From: an uncultured Lentimicrobium sp. | GTDB taxonomy: Bacteria > Bacteroidota > Bacteroidia > Bacteroidales > Lentimicrobiaceae | Direction: 5' to 3' | Length of the DNA: 64,000 nt | Assembly: GCA_964643225.1 (NCBI GenBank) | Contig: CAZXQT010000003.1 | Coordinates: forward strand, 45,504 to 109,503 | In this document: positions 27,399 through 37,130 of the stretch, one piece after another | Numbering within the stretch: the stretch's first letter is position 1 | How the letters are laid out: each line of letters starts with the position of its first letter | Translations under genes and position numbers: made by a program | Notes under the pieces: model-generated | What the model was told of the DNA's origin: nothing | Databases searched by the model: none | The model's input: only the letters and a program-made list of their open reading frames with translations

Positions 27399-30035
27399 AT
27401 GTGGCACACTAAAACAAAAGAAGAAGTCCTGACTGAGATGCAGGTAGACCCGGCAATTGGTTTGTCTGATGATGAAGTATTACGGCGCAGGGCGCAGTAT
27501 GGCGAGAACAAACTTATAGCCAGGAAGCGAAAGAGTGTTTTAAGTATGTTTGTGGGTCAACTTAAAGATTGGCTCATATATGTGCTTTTTGCTGCAGTTG
27601 TGATAACCATTTTCATGGGCGAATATGTAGATGCGGTTATCATTTTAACAGTGATTATAATCAATGCAGTGCTTGGTGTTGTTCAGGAAGTTAAGGCGGG
27701 AAAGGCCATTGAAGCTTTGCAACGCATGTCTTCACCAAAGGCACTTGTTCGTCGCAATGGTCACACAGAAGAAATTGAAGCAAGTCAGTTGGTACCTGGT
27801 GATATTCTAATTCTGGATGCAGGACGATTTATTGCGGCCGATATCCGAATCATCGAATCAATGAATCTTAAGATTGAAGAATCAGCATTAACAGGAGAAT
27901 CAATACCTTCTGATAAGAGTGCTGATTTCCTGTACGAAGCAGATACACCGCTGGGCGACAGAGAGAATCTGGGATTTATGACTAATCTGGTAACCTATGG
28001 ACGGGGAGCAGGGGTTGTTGTTGAAACCGGAATGCAGACAGAAGTTGGCAAAATAGCTGGATTTCTTCATGACGATGATTCAAAAACACCTCTCGAAATT
28101 AGATTAAACGAGTTGGGTAAAATACTGGGTAAAATCGCTATTGGTATCTGTGCTTTTATTTTTGTGCTGTCAGTGTTTCAGGGAAGGGACCTGGCAGAAA
28201 TGTTTCTCACAGCTGTTTCGCTGGCTGTAGCGTCCATTCCGGAAGGTCTCGCTGCAATCGTAGCAGTGGTGCTCTCTATAGGCGTAACTGCAATGTCAAA
28301 GAAAAACGCCATTATTAAAAGGTTGCCGGCAGTTGAAACACTGGGTTCCGTGAATATTGTGTGCTCTGATAAAACAGGTACACTAACCCAGAATAAAATG
28401 ACTGTTGTGAGATATTTCACTGCAACCTCTGAAAGATTAATACAAAATGATGTTGAGGGTAAGGGGGCTCATGGAAAGGATGCAGTAATGCTGGCAAAAG
28501 CAATGATCCTGAGCTCTGATGCCACGCTGCATGACGGGAAAGGTACAGGGGACCCGACCGAAATAGCGCTTTTGCAGTTTGGTGACGATATTGGTGCAGA
28601 TCGTGCTGAGTTAACACGAAAGAATGAACGTGTTGATGAAGTATCTTTTGATTCTGACCGAAAGCTCATGTCAACTCTTGTAAAAGAGAACAATCTTTAT
28701 TCAGTATATACAAAAGGGGCTATTGACAATCTGATCCGGCTGTCGACCCATGTATATGAAGAAGGCAAAGCCATACCCATAACGGAAGAACACCGTATTC
28801 ATTTTCACAAAGCAACAGAGGAAATGTCGAATCAGGCGCTCAGAACACTTGGTGCTGCCTATAAACCAGCCAGTTCTGGAATCAGCGCTGGTGACATGGA
28901 GCGTGATTTGATACTGATAGGTATTGTCGGCATGATTGATCCTCCCAGGGAAGAAGTAAAATCTTCTATTGAACTTGCTGCTATGGCAGGCATAACCACT
29001 GTTATGATTACCGGTGATCATAAGAACACAGCTTTTGCTATTGCCCGCGATCTGGGTATTGCGCATTCTCCTGACCAGGCGACAACCGGTCAGGCAATTG
29101 AAAAAATGAGCATGGACGAGTTTGAGCTGCATGTTTCTGATTACAGGGTTTATGCACGTGTATCTCCTGAGCATAAAGTGAAAATAGTAAAGGCTTTAAA
29201 GGCAAAAGGTAATGTAGTATCTATGACTGGTGATGGCGTTAATGACGCTCCTTCGCTTAATGCTGCCGATATTGGTGTTGCAATGGGCATTACGGGTACC
29301 GATGTTGCCAAAGGTGCTTCGGATATGATCTTAACCGATGACAATTTTTCCACTATTATTACAGCTATTGAGCAGGGTAGAAATATATACAACAATATTA
29401 AGAAGTCGGTTATTTTCCTGTTAACCTGCAACCTTGGCGAGGTAGTGACTATGTTTCTGGCACTTATTATAGGCTGGCAGGTTCCTCTGCTTGCGGTTCA
29501 GCTGTTATGGATAAACCTGCTTACGGATTCCTTACCTGCTATTGCCCTGGGCATGGATAAGGGTGATCCCGATGTGATGAAAGAAAAGCCCCGTAATCCT
29601 AAAGAAAGTTTCTTTGCGCATGGTGCCGGATTGCATGCTATGTTTGGTGGAATAGTAATTGGTTTGCTTACTTTGGCTGCGTTTTGGTATGGGTATTATG
29701 AACACAACCTTAGTCCGTTTGATCAGGCAACAGAAGAGCAGACTGCATATGCCCGGACTATGGCGTTCATGGTGCTGGTTGCAAGCCAGATGTTCTTTTC
29801 TTTATCTGTGCGTAATGCCCGCAAATCTATCTTCAGTATAGGTGTTTTTTCAAATAAGTATCTTGTTGGGGCTATATTGGTCGGTATACTAGCGCAGTTA
29901 CTTGTTATTGAAATACCGTTTATGCGTGAAGCCTTTGGCCTGCAAATGCTCGATGCCAAAGGATGGGCTATGGCAATAGTGCTCGGGCTGTTACCTCTGG
30001 CACTGAATGAACTGTATAAGTTTATTCGCAAATGA
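27399..30035 (+). CDS. Type II (Ca2+-like) cation-translocating P-type ATPase
   Basis: LTGES, PEGL, DKTGTLT phosphorylation site, KGA, DPPR, MITGD, GDGVNDAP. Confidence 0.95.
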   Translation: MWHTKTKEEVLTEMQVDPAIGLSDDEVLRRRAQYGENKLIARKRKSVLSMFVGQLKDWLIYVLFAAVVITIFMGEYVDAVIILTVIIINAVLGVVQEVKAGKAIEALQRMSSPKALVRRNGHTEEIEASQLVPGDILILDAGRFIAADIRIIESMNLKIEESALTGESIPSDKSADFLYEADTPLGDRENLGFMTNLVTYGRGAGVVVETGMQTEVGKIAGFLHDDDSKTPLEIRLNELGKILGKIAIGICAFIFVLSVFQGRDLAEMFLTAVSLAVASIPEGLAAIVAVVLSIGVTAMSKKNAIIKRLPAVETLGSVNIVCSDKTGTLTQNKMTVVRYFTATSERLIQNDVEGKGAHGKDAVMLAKAMILSSDATLHDGKGTGDPTEIALLQFGDDIGADRAELTRKNERVDEVSFDSDRKLMSTLVKENNLYSVYTKGAIDNLIRLSTHVYEEGKAIPITEEHRIHFHKATEEMSNQALRTLGAAYKPASSGISAGDMERDLILIGIVGMIDPPREEVKSSIELAAMAGITTVMITGDHKNTAFAIARDLGIAHSPDQATTGQAIEKMSMDEFELHVSDYRVYARVSPEHKVKIVKALKAKGNVVSMTGDGVNDAPSLNAADIGVAMGITGTDVAKGASDMILTDDNFSTIITAIEQGRNIYNNIKKSVIFLLTCNLGEVVTMFLALIIGWQVPLLAVQLLWINLLTDSLPAIALGMDKGDPDVMKEKPRNPKESFFAHGAGLHAMFGGIVIGLLTLAAFWYGYYEHNLSPFDQATEEQTAYARTMAFMVLVASQMFFSLSVRNARKSIFSIGVFSNKYLVGAILVGILAQLLVIEIPFMREAFGLQMLDAKGWAMAIVLGLLPLALNELYKFIRK

Positions 30036-30047
30036 TAGTTGATTCGT

Positions 30048-30055
30048 TATCTTTG
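30048..30055 (+). promoter_or_regulatory. -7 box for the M23 peptidase
   Basis: TATCTTTG about 20 nt upstream of ATG 30077. Confidence 0.6.
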
Positions 30056-30076
30056 CCGATTATTTAATCATAAAGC

Positions 30077-30970
30077 ATGGCGAGGGGTGAAAAGGACAAT
30101 CAGGAAAAGAAACTGCATTGGTACCAGAAAATACGTGACAAATACAGATTGATAATCCTGAATGAAGATACTTTTGAAGAGAAGTTGTCATTCAGGCTGT
30201 CGAGACTTAATGTGTTTGTTGTACTGGGAATGCTGTCTATTATTCTGATCTTCCTGACGAGTTATCTTATTGCCTTTACCCCCTTGCGGGAATATATTCC
30301 GGGGTATAGTTCAACAAATGTACAGAAAGAGCTTTACGAGTTGCAGCTAAAAGCCGATTCTCTCGAAAGAGCTTTCAGGGCCAAAGACCTGTATATAACG
30401 AATATGCAGCAAATCATTCGTGGTGACATACCTGAAGCATCTGCAGGTGCAATACCTGACAGTACATCGTCGGGGAAATATGAAAACATTACCATAAAGC
30501 GATCAAAAGAAGATTCCATACTGAGAAGTGAATTTGAAAAAAATACCAGGTACAGTCTTACAGCCGATGCCCCTGGAAGTAAGCGCCTCAGTTCGGTTGG
30601 GATACCAGGATTTTTTGCACCGGTTAAAGGAATCGTTACCAATAGGTTTGATGCTTCGTCAAAGCACTTCGGAGTCGATATTGCTGCTGCCCGCAATGAA
30701 GCAATCAAAGCCGCATATGACGGGACCGTGGTATTTGCTGAATGGAGTTCTGCTACCGGGCATGTTGTCACAATACAGCATATAAATAATGTGGTAACCG
30801 TGTATAAGCATAATTCTGTAATTCTGAAAAAGCAGGGTTCATTTGTTAAAGCAGGGGAGAGCATTGCTGTTATTGGCGAGTCGGGTGAGCAAACTACCGG
30901 TCCCCATTTACATTTTGAATTATGGATAAACGGCAACCCGGTCGATCCGGAAAAATATATAATTTTTTAA
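30077..30970 (+). CDS. M23 family peptidoglycan endopeptidase with N-terminal membrane anchor
   Basis: HFGVDI, YKHN, TGPHLHFE; N-terminal KYRLIILNEDTFEE...TM...REYIPGY. Confidence 0.92.
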   Translation: MARGEKDNQEKKLHWYQKIRDKYRLIILNEDTFEEKLSFRLSRLNVFVVLGMLSIILIFLTSYLIAFTPLREYIPGYSSTNVQKELYELQLKADSLERAFRAKDLYITNMQQIIRGDIPEASAGAIPDSTSSGKYENITIKRSKEDSILRSEFEKNTRYSLTADAPGSKRLSSVGIPGFFAPVKGIVTNRFDASSKHFGVDIAAARNEAIKAAYDGTVVFAEWSSATGHVVTIQHINNVVTVYKHNSVILKKQGSFVKAGESIAVIGESGEQTTGPHLHFELWINGNPVDPEKYIIF

Positions 30971-31005
30971 CATTATCAATAGTCTTTGGCTGAACTATAA
31001 CTAAA

Positions 31006-31013
31006 TATCTTTG
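31006..31013 (+). promoter_or_regulatory. -7 box for rseP
   Basis: TATCTTTG in the 69-bp M23-rseP spacer. Confidence 0.6.
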
Positions 31014-31039
31014 TTCACCAATCTCTTATCAATATTACT

Positions 31040-32362
31040 ATGGAAATTTTAATTAAAGCAGCGCAGTTAATTCTAAGTCTGTCTATACTTGTTATATTTC
31101 ATGAATTAGGCCATTTTATTGCTGCCAAAGTATTTAAGACCCGGGTTGAAAAGTTTTATTTATTTTTTGATCCCTGGTTTTCCCTGCTGAAGTTCAAGAA
31201 AGGTGAAACAGAGTATGGCGTAGGCTGGCTTCCTCTGGGAGGATACGTTAAAATTTCGGGCATGATTGATGAGTCTATGGATAAAGAACAGATGAGTCAG
31301 GAACCCCAACCCTATGAATTCAGAGCGAAACCATCCTGGCAAAGATTAATAATTATGCTGGGTGGAGTTACGGTTAATATCTTACTTGCAATTGCTATCT
31401 ATATTGGTATTCTATGGGTATGGGGAGAACAATACCTGCCCACTAACGAAGTTAAATATGGCATCGTGGCCGATTCTGTTGCAGAACAAATGGGTTTACG
31501 TGATGGAGATAAGATACTCACTGTTGACAATGAGTACGTAGAAGATTTCTATAAAATTCCCGGTAAAATTATTCTTGATAAAGCACAAACTATTCAGGTA
31601 ATACGAAATAATGGACCGTATACCGTTCAAATACCCGAAGGTTTTGTTGCTAAACTCTTAAAACATCAGTCTCCCGAATTTATTAGCCCACGGGTTCCTT
31701 TTATTATAGGCGATTTTGTAAAAGATTCACCGGGTAAGGATGCAGGTTTGCAAGTAAATGACCGCATTATTGGAATTAATGATACCACTTTACTTTATTT
31801 TGATCAATATAAGGCAGTTCTTGACAACTATCCCTCACAAGAAATAAGTCTGAAAGTTGTCCGCGAAAGCGATACTCTTTCTATGCCGGTTAAACTGGAT
31901 GAAACAGCCAGAATAGGTGCATACATAAAGAACCCGACTAGTCTTTTCAACATTAAGGAACACGAATATTCTTTAATTACAGCTGTCCCAGCCGGTTTCA
32001 TGCGCACAGGTCGTCAGGTAGACAACTATCTGAAACAGCTGAAACTGCTTTTTATGCCGGAGGTTAAAGCGTATGAATCAGTAGGCGGATTCATTTCCAT
32101 TGGTAATATATTCCCATCAGTCTGGGACTGGCAGTCTTTCTGGAGCCTGACCGCATTTCTGTCGATAATGCTTGCTATTCTTAATATTTTACCAATACCA
32201 GCGCTTGACGGGGGGCACGTGTTGTTTCTTCTATACGAAATAGTGACTGGCCGAAAACCATCAGACAAATTCCTTGAGTATGCACAAATAGTTGGAATGG
32301 TATTGTTGTTTGGTTTGCTTATCCTTGCAAACGGCAACGATATAATAAAACTATTCAGATAA
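31040..32362 (+). CDS. rseP: RIP metalloprotease RseP
   Basis: HELGH zinc motif, PLGGYVKISGM, PDZ region, NILPIPALDGG. Confidence 0.95.
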   Translation: MEILIKAAQLILSLSILVIFHELGHFIAAKVFKTRVEKFYLFFDPWFSLLKFKKGETEYGVGWLPLGGYVKISGMIDESMDKEQMSQEPQPYEFRAKPSWQRLIIMLGGVTVNILLAIAIYIGILWVWGEQYLPTNEVKYGIVADSVAEQMGLRDGDKILTVDNEYVEDFYKIPGKIILDKAQTIQVIRNNGPYTVQIPEGFVAKLLKHQSPEFISPRVPFIIGDFVKDSPGKDAGLQVNDRIIGINDTTLLYFDQYKAVLDNYPSQEISLKVVRESDTLSMPVKLDETARIGAYIKNPTSLFNIKEHEYSLITAVPAGFMRTGRQVDNYLKQLKLLFMPEVKAYESVGGFISIGNIFPSVWDWQSFWSLTAFLSIMLAILNILPIPALDGGHVLFLLYEIVTGRKPSDKFLEYAQIVGMVLLFGLLILANGNDIIKLFR

Positions 32363-32426
32363 GTTTGGAAAAAGTAAACCGCATGCCATAGACTTGCTCC
32401 GAAATGCAGGTTAGTATCCGGAATTT

Positions 32427-33320
32427 TTAATCTTCCAGTTTTTCATGTAATGACTTGAAGCCCTGACCAAGGATCTCATGTGCATCCATTATGGTTAAAA
32501 ATGCTTTTGGGTCAATTTTATTGATAAATTCTTCGAGCATGGCGAGTTCTCTGCGGTTTACCACGGTAAATATTACTTTTTTTGACTGACCGTTATACAT
32601 GCCTTCTCCCTGAAGAAACGTTCCTCCCCGGTTAAGGTCGGTAATTATTTTGTTTCTGATTTCGTCGTGCTTTTCTGAAACAATGAAAATGGTTTTCTCA
32701 TAATTAACTCCCGATAATACAGTGTCGATGGTTTTTCCCATAACGAAGATTGTGATCCAAGAATAAAGTGGTATACTCCATTCGCCAAAAGCCAGGAATC
32801 CGATCAATACAATAACAGAATCAACTCCCATCATGAGTTGCCCAAGTGGTAATCGGGTAAAACGTGCTAATATCATTGCAATAACGTCTGATCCACCCGA
32901 GGTGGCCTTCGATTTAAAGATGATACCAACACCAGCACCTACCAATGCACCACCAAATACCGAGGATAAGAGAGGATCGTTTTCGACCAATGGTTTGAAT
33001 TCTGAAAAGTACGACAAAAAATCAACAAAGACGGATGTAAGGACGAAGCCAACCACAGTCTTAGTGCCAAAACGTGGTCCAAGTACTTTTGTTCCGATAA
33101 TGGTAAGCGGTATGTTGAACAAAAGTGCGGTGAGCCCCACAGGTGTATTAAAAAGGTGATGCAGCACAATGGAAATACCGTAAATACCTCCTGGTACGAT
33201 TTTGTATGGGGTTATAAAATAAACGTAGCCTGTAGCGACCAGGAATGTTCCTATGGTTATAAGGATATACGATTTAAACCACTTTTTTGAAAAGAGTTGT
33301 TCTTTTTGAAGAAAAGCCAT
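32427..33320 (-). CDS. YitT family membrane protein (copy 1)
   Basis: IVPGGIYGISI, LFNIPL, ATSGGSD, RGGTFLQGEGMY, C-terminal DUF2179-like IDPKAFLTI. Confidence 0.92.
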   Translation of the reverse strand: MAFLQKEQLFSKKWFKSYILITIGTFLVATGYVYFITPYKIVPGGIYGISIVLHHLFNTPVGLTALLFNIPLTIIGTKVLGPRFGTKTVVGFVLTSVFVDFLSYFSEFKPLVENDPLLSSVFGGALVGAGVGIIFKSKATSGGSDVIAMILARFTRLPLGQLMMGVDSVIVLIGFLAFGEWSIPLYSWITIFVMGKTIDTVLSGVNYEKTIFIVSEKHDEIRNKIITDLNRGGTFLQGEGMYNGQSKKVIFTVVNRRELAMLEEFINKIDPKAFLTIMDAHEILGQGFKSLHEKLED

Positions 33321-33350
33321 GGCAGTTTTTTGAGTTGTTGAGGTTAATAA

Positions 33351-34280
33351 TCAGAGTTCAGAAACTTTTTCACCAAGCGATCGGAAACCTTCACCAAGAA
33401 TTTCATTTGCATCAACAACGGTCATAAAGGCTTGCGGGTCTGTTTGGTGAATGTACTCCTGAAGAATTGCCATTTCGCGTCGGTTGAGGACTGTAAAAAT
33501 GATTGTTTTATCGCTGTTGTTATACATTCCCTTTCCAGGGATAAATGTGCCTCCTCTTTCCAGATCAACAATGATCTTTTCACGTATCTTGTCGAATTCA
33601 GACGAAATAATCAACAGCATTTTATCGTAGCTGACGCCCTGCATTGTGATATCGATCACTTTTCCGGTAATGAATATAACTATCCAGGAATATAGAGGAA
33701 TTCTCCAGTCTTTAAACACTACCAATCCGAAAAGAACAATAACAGAATCTACATAGATCATCAATTGCCCCAGGGGTAGTCGGGTATATTTTGCGATTAT
33801 CATTGCTACAATGTCAGAACCACCTGAAGTAGCTTTTGATTTGAAGATCAGACCCAGGCCAAAGCCAATAAGTACTCCTCCAAAAACTGAAGCCATAAAA
33901 ACATCCTCTGCAAGACCCAATGGGTCGTTCTCACCGGCAAAATAGGTAATCAAATCCATAAAGACCGAAGTAAGTACAAAGCCAACCACTGTCTTAATAC
34001 CAAACCTTGGACCCAGTATTTTAACACCTATAATGGTAAGAGGGATGTTAAGTAAAAGTCCGAATAATCCAATTGGAATACCGGTAGGCCAAAATGAAAA
34101 TGTACCCGCAGTAAGGTGGTGAACAACTATACCAATCCCGTACACACCGCCGGGTACAATATTATATGGGTTAATAAAAAAGACAAAGCCAGCAGCCAGA
34201 ATGAATGAACCAATGGTTATAAGAGCATAAGACTTGAACCATTTTGTTGAGAACAATTTCTCGTTATGAAGAAATGACAT
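33351..34280 (-). CDS. YitT family membrane protein (copy 2)
   Basis: Same motifs as copy 1, with a small insertion GTFSFWPTGIP. Confidence 0.92.
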   Translation of the reverse strand: MSFLHNEKLFSTKWFKSYALITIGSFILAAGFVFFINPYNIVPGGVYGIGIVVHHLTAGTFSFWPTGIPIGLFGLLLNIPLTIIGVKILGPRFGIKTVVGFVLTSVFMDLITYFAGENDPLGLAEDVFMASVFGGVLIGFGLGLIFKSKATSGGSDIVAMIIAKYTRLPLGQLMIYVDSVIVLFGLVVFKDWRIPLYSWIVIFITGKVIDITMQGVSYDKMLLIISSEFDKIREKIIVDLERGGTFIPGKGMYNNSDKTIIFTVLNRREMAILQEYIHQTDPQAFMTVVDANEILGEGFRSLGEKVSEL

Positions 34281-34380
34281 AAGAATGGATATTGAAAAGG
34301 TAATTCATGTAAAAACGGTACAAATTTATGACAATAAACCCAGCAAAGGGACGTTTTTAGGCGAAGTATGAAAGTCCTGA

Positions 34381-34511
34381 TTAATCACAAAGAATGCAAT
34401 GCATGACTGTTACTATCAGAAAATCAATTGGTTGTCAAATAACGGCAACTTTTTTTCAATCAATGTTGTTTAAGACTAGAAAGTATTACTTTTGTGAATG
34501 CTTGTGATTAA
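34381..34511. repeat. 10-bp perfect inverted repeat TTAATCACAA ... TTGTGATTAA, 111 bp apart
   Basis: Arms at 34381-34390 and 34502-34511 flank the porP promoter box. Confidence 0.75.
34487..34494 (+). promoter_or_regulatory. -7 box upstream of porP
   Basis: TACTTTTG. A divergent box TAAATTTG for yitT lies at 34321-34328 on the - strand. Confidence 0.55.
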
Positions 34512-34621
34512 TAGTTATCCGGGCTTCTCAGAAATATCCCCTTGTTATCTGATACTGGAAATACCGGGATTACATCTAATACTGAGAAATATTTGCGTAA
34601 ATCAACACCAGCAATGCTACA

Positions 34622-35593
34622 ATGAAAAGCATTACCTTATTTGATTCTGAAGCGAACAGATACTATGCCCTTTTTATCCTGTTCCTCATACCGTTTATTG
34701 GTATGAGCCAGCAGGAGCCACAGTTCACGTTAAACCAGTTTAATCATACTACTGTAAATCCCGGCTATGCTGGCTTAAGGGATGCCATTTGTGTTACAGG
34801 AATTATCAGACAACAATGGATTGGGATGAATGATGCTGATAACAACAATTATCATGTTGCACCCGAAACATTTGTTGTTAGTGGCGATGCACCTGTCCGT
34901 ATACTAAGAGGCGGGTTATCGGCATCGGTTATGCAGGATAAGATCGGTTACTTTAAAGATGTATATGTTCGTCTGGGATATGCCTATAACAGATCTGTTG
35001 GAGCTGGAGAACTGGGTATTGGTTTTAATGTCGGATTTTTGAATAAGTCATTAGATTTCAGCAAACTAAGGCCGGTTGAAACTGATCCGCTGCTCCAGGG
35101 AGGTCAGGAAAGTTCCATGTTTACTGATGTTGGTCTTGGGGCCTTTTATCTGGAACCTGGTGGCTTATATATGGGTCTTTCGGTAACTCAGCTGCTGGAA
35201 GGTTCGAGAGAAATAGGCAACGGAGGGTATGAATACAATCTCAGGCGCCATTTCTATGGTACTGCCGGGTATGAGATATCCTGGATACGCAATCCTGCCT
35301 ATGTGTTCATTCCGGGCGTTTTTATAAAGTACGATGGAACCACGGCACAGATCGATTTAAATGGTGTGGTAGAGTATAACAGGAAATTCTGGGGGGGGCT
35401 TACCTATCGTTTTCAGGAAACAGCCGCTGTAATGGTTGGATTATACGTAAAAGATTTAAGCATTGGATATGCCTATGATATACCACTTTCTAAAGTTGGA
35501 GGTGCAGGTAGTCACGAAGTTATGGTAAGGTATTGCTTTCAGCTGGAATTGGAGAAGTCGAAAAAAAGTTTCAGAAACACCCGATTCTTGTAG
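34622..35593 (+). CDS. porP: T9SS membrane protein, PorP/SprF family
   Basis: Signal peptide, QQEPQFTLNQFN..TVNPGYAG, RQQWIG, LRRHFY, GYAYD, SHEVMVRY; immediately upstream of porK. Confidence 0.9.
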   Translation: MKSITLFDSEANRYYALFILFLIPFIGMSQQEPQFTLNQFNHTTVNPGYAGLRDAICVTGIIRQQWIGMNDADNNNYHVAPETFVVSGDAPVRILRGGLSASVMQDKIGYFKDVYVRLGYAYNRSVGAGELGIGFNVGFLNKSLDFSKLRPVETDPLLQGGQESSMFTDVGLGAFYLEPGGLYMGLSVTQLLEGSREIGNGGYEYNLRRHFYGTAGYEISWIRNPAYVFIPGVFIKYDGTTAQIDLNGVVEYNRKFWGGLTYRFQETAAVMVGLYVKDLSIGYAYDIPLSKVGGAGSHEVMVRYCFQLELEKSKKSFRNTRFL

Positions 35594-35708
35594 AAAAAAG
35601 TTGTTTGGAAAATTTATATTGTTATTTTTGTCGGTCAAAAATAAGGAACTCCCCTCATAATAAAACTAAGGGAAATCCGTTTATTGCAATTAAATCAGGT
35701 AATTAAAC

Positions 35709-37064
35709 ATGAAAAAACTCTTCAACTACATCATTGCTGCGCTTATTTTGAGTAGCTGCGGTAACTCAGGCAATGGCGAACTGGTAGGTGTTCAAAAACG
35801 AGAAAAATTTTATCAGCCCGATCCTTACGGAATGGCTTACATTCCAATGGGCAGTTTTACAATGGGAGTAGGTGATCAGGATGTGCCCTATGCGCATATC
35901 AATGATCCGCGCACTGTTTCTGTAAGTGCATTCTACATGGATGAAACAGAAATCACCAACAATGAATACCGTCAGTTTGTATTTTGGGTAAGAGATTCTA
36001 TTGCCCGCCGCAAATTAGGTGATGTGAAGCCAGAAGATTATCTGATCGAAGAAAATAAGAAAACGGGTGAGACCTACTATCCTCCTTTCCTCAACTGGAA
36101 AACAGATATTAAATGGAACGGCGAAGAGGAACGCGATGCCCTTGAAGATATGTTCTTACCGGAACATGAAAGATACTTCCGTAAAAAAGAAATAGATACA
36201 CGTAAATTATTCTATGAGTATTACTGGGTAGATTACCGTGCTGCTTCAGGAAAAGATTACTCATCGGGTGACCCTGTTAATGCTGGTCTGGCAAACCGCC
36301 CGCAAGGTTTAAAGGATAGGTCACTATACGTTAGAAAAGAAGTTATTAATGTTTACCCTGATACATTATCCTGGATTCATGACTATGCTTACGCATATAA
36401 TGACCCAATGACTGAGCGCTATTTCTGGCATCCGGCATACGATAACTATCCTGTAGTTGGCGTTAACTGGAAACAGGCAAAAGCTTTTGGTATCTGGCGT
36501 ACAGAGTTGCTCAGAGCATACTTGCTTGGAAAAGGCAATGCAGTTGTAAACGAATTCAGACTTCCAACCGAAGCTGAATGGGAATGGGCTGCAAGAGGTG
36601 GAAACTCCTTTAGTCCATATCCATGGGGAGGCCCATACAGCAGAAATGAGAAGGGTTGTTTCCTTGCAAACTTCAAACCATTAAGAGGCAATTATGTGGA
36701 TGATGGTGGTCTGACCCCTGTTATTGTGGCACACTATCCAGCTAACGACTTCGGTTTGTACGATATGGCAGGTAATGTGGCTGAATGGACAAACGATGCA
36801 TTCGATGAGTCATCATACCACTTTACATGGGACATGAATCCGGCATACAGTTATAATGCCAAGGACAGTGATCCACCAGCACTTAAAAGAAAAGTTGTTC
36901 GCGGAGGCAGCTGGAAAGATATCTCTTATTACCTTCAGGTAAATTCAAGAGCTTATGAATTCCAGGATACCAGTAAGAGTTATATTGGTTTCCGTTGCGT
37001 ACAGAATTTCATGGGTCGTCAAAAGGATGATAATCCTGCACGGGCATCGAAAATCTATAATTAA
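35709..37064 (+). CDS. gldK: T9SS ring lipoprotein GldK/PorK
   Basis: Lipobox LSS-C; FYMDETEITNNEYRQF, YPVVGVNW.QA, RLPTEAEWEWAARGG, GLYDMAGNVAEW (FGE-sulfatase fold). Confidence 0.93.
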   Translation: MKKLFNYIIAALILSSCGNSGNGELVGVQKREKFYQPDPYGMAYIPMGSFTMGVGDQDVPYAHINDPRTVSVSAFYMDETEITNNEYRQFVFWVRDSIARRKLGDVKPEDYLIEENKKTGETYYPPFLNWKTDIKWNGEEERDALEDMFLPEHERYFRKKEIDTRKLFYEYYWVDYRAASGKDYSSGDPVNAGLANRPQGLKDRSLYVRKEVINVYPDTLSWIHDYAYAYNDPMTERYFWHPAYDNYPVVGVNWKQAKAFGIWRTELLRAYLLGKGNAVVNEFRLPTEAEWEWAARGGNSFSPYPWGGPYSRNEKGCFLANFKPLRGNYVDDGGLTPVIVAHYPANDFGLYDMAGNVAEWTNDAFDESSYHFTWDMNPAYSYNAKDSDPPALKRKVVRGGSWKDISYYLQVNSRAYEFQDTSKSYIGFRCVQNFMGRQKDDNPARASKIYN

Positions 37065-37130
37065 TTGTATACACTACAAACACAATCAAACCTAATAATT
37101 AATTTATCACTAAAATCAAACATTACAATC

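Noticed and set aside
34368-34406. 12-codon ORF MKVLINHKECNA upstream of porP as a possible leader peptide
   Set aside because: It lies upstream of the predicted porP promoter, has no attenuator structure, and is of chance length.
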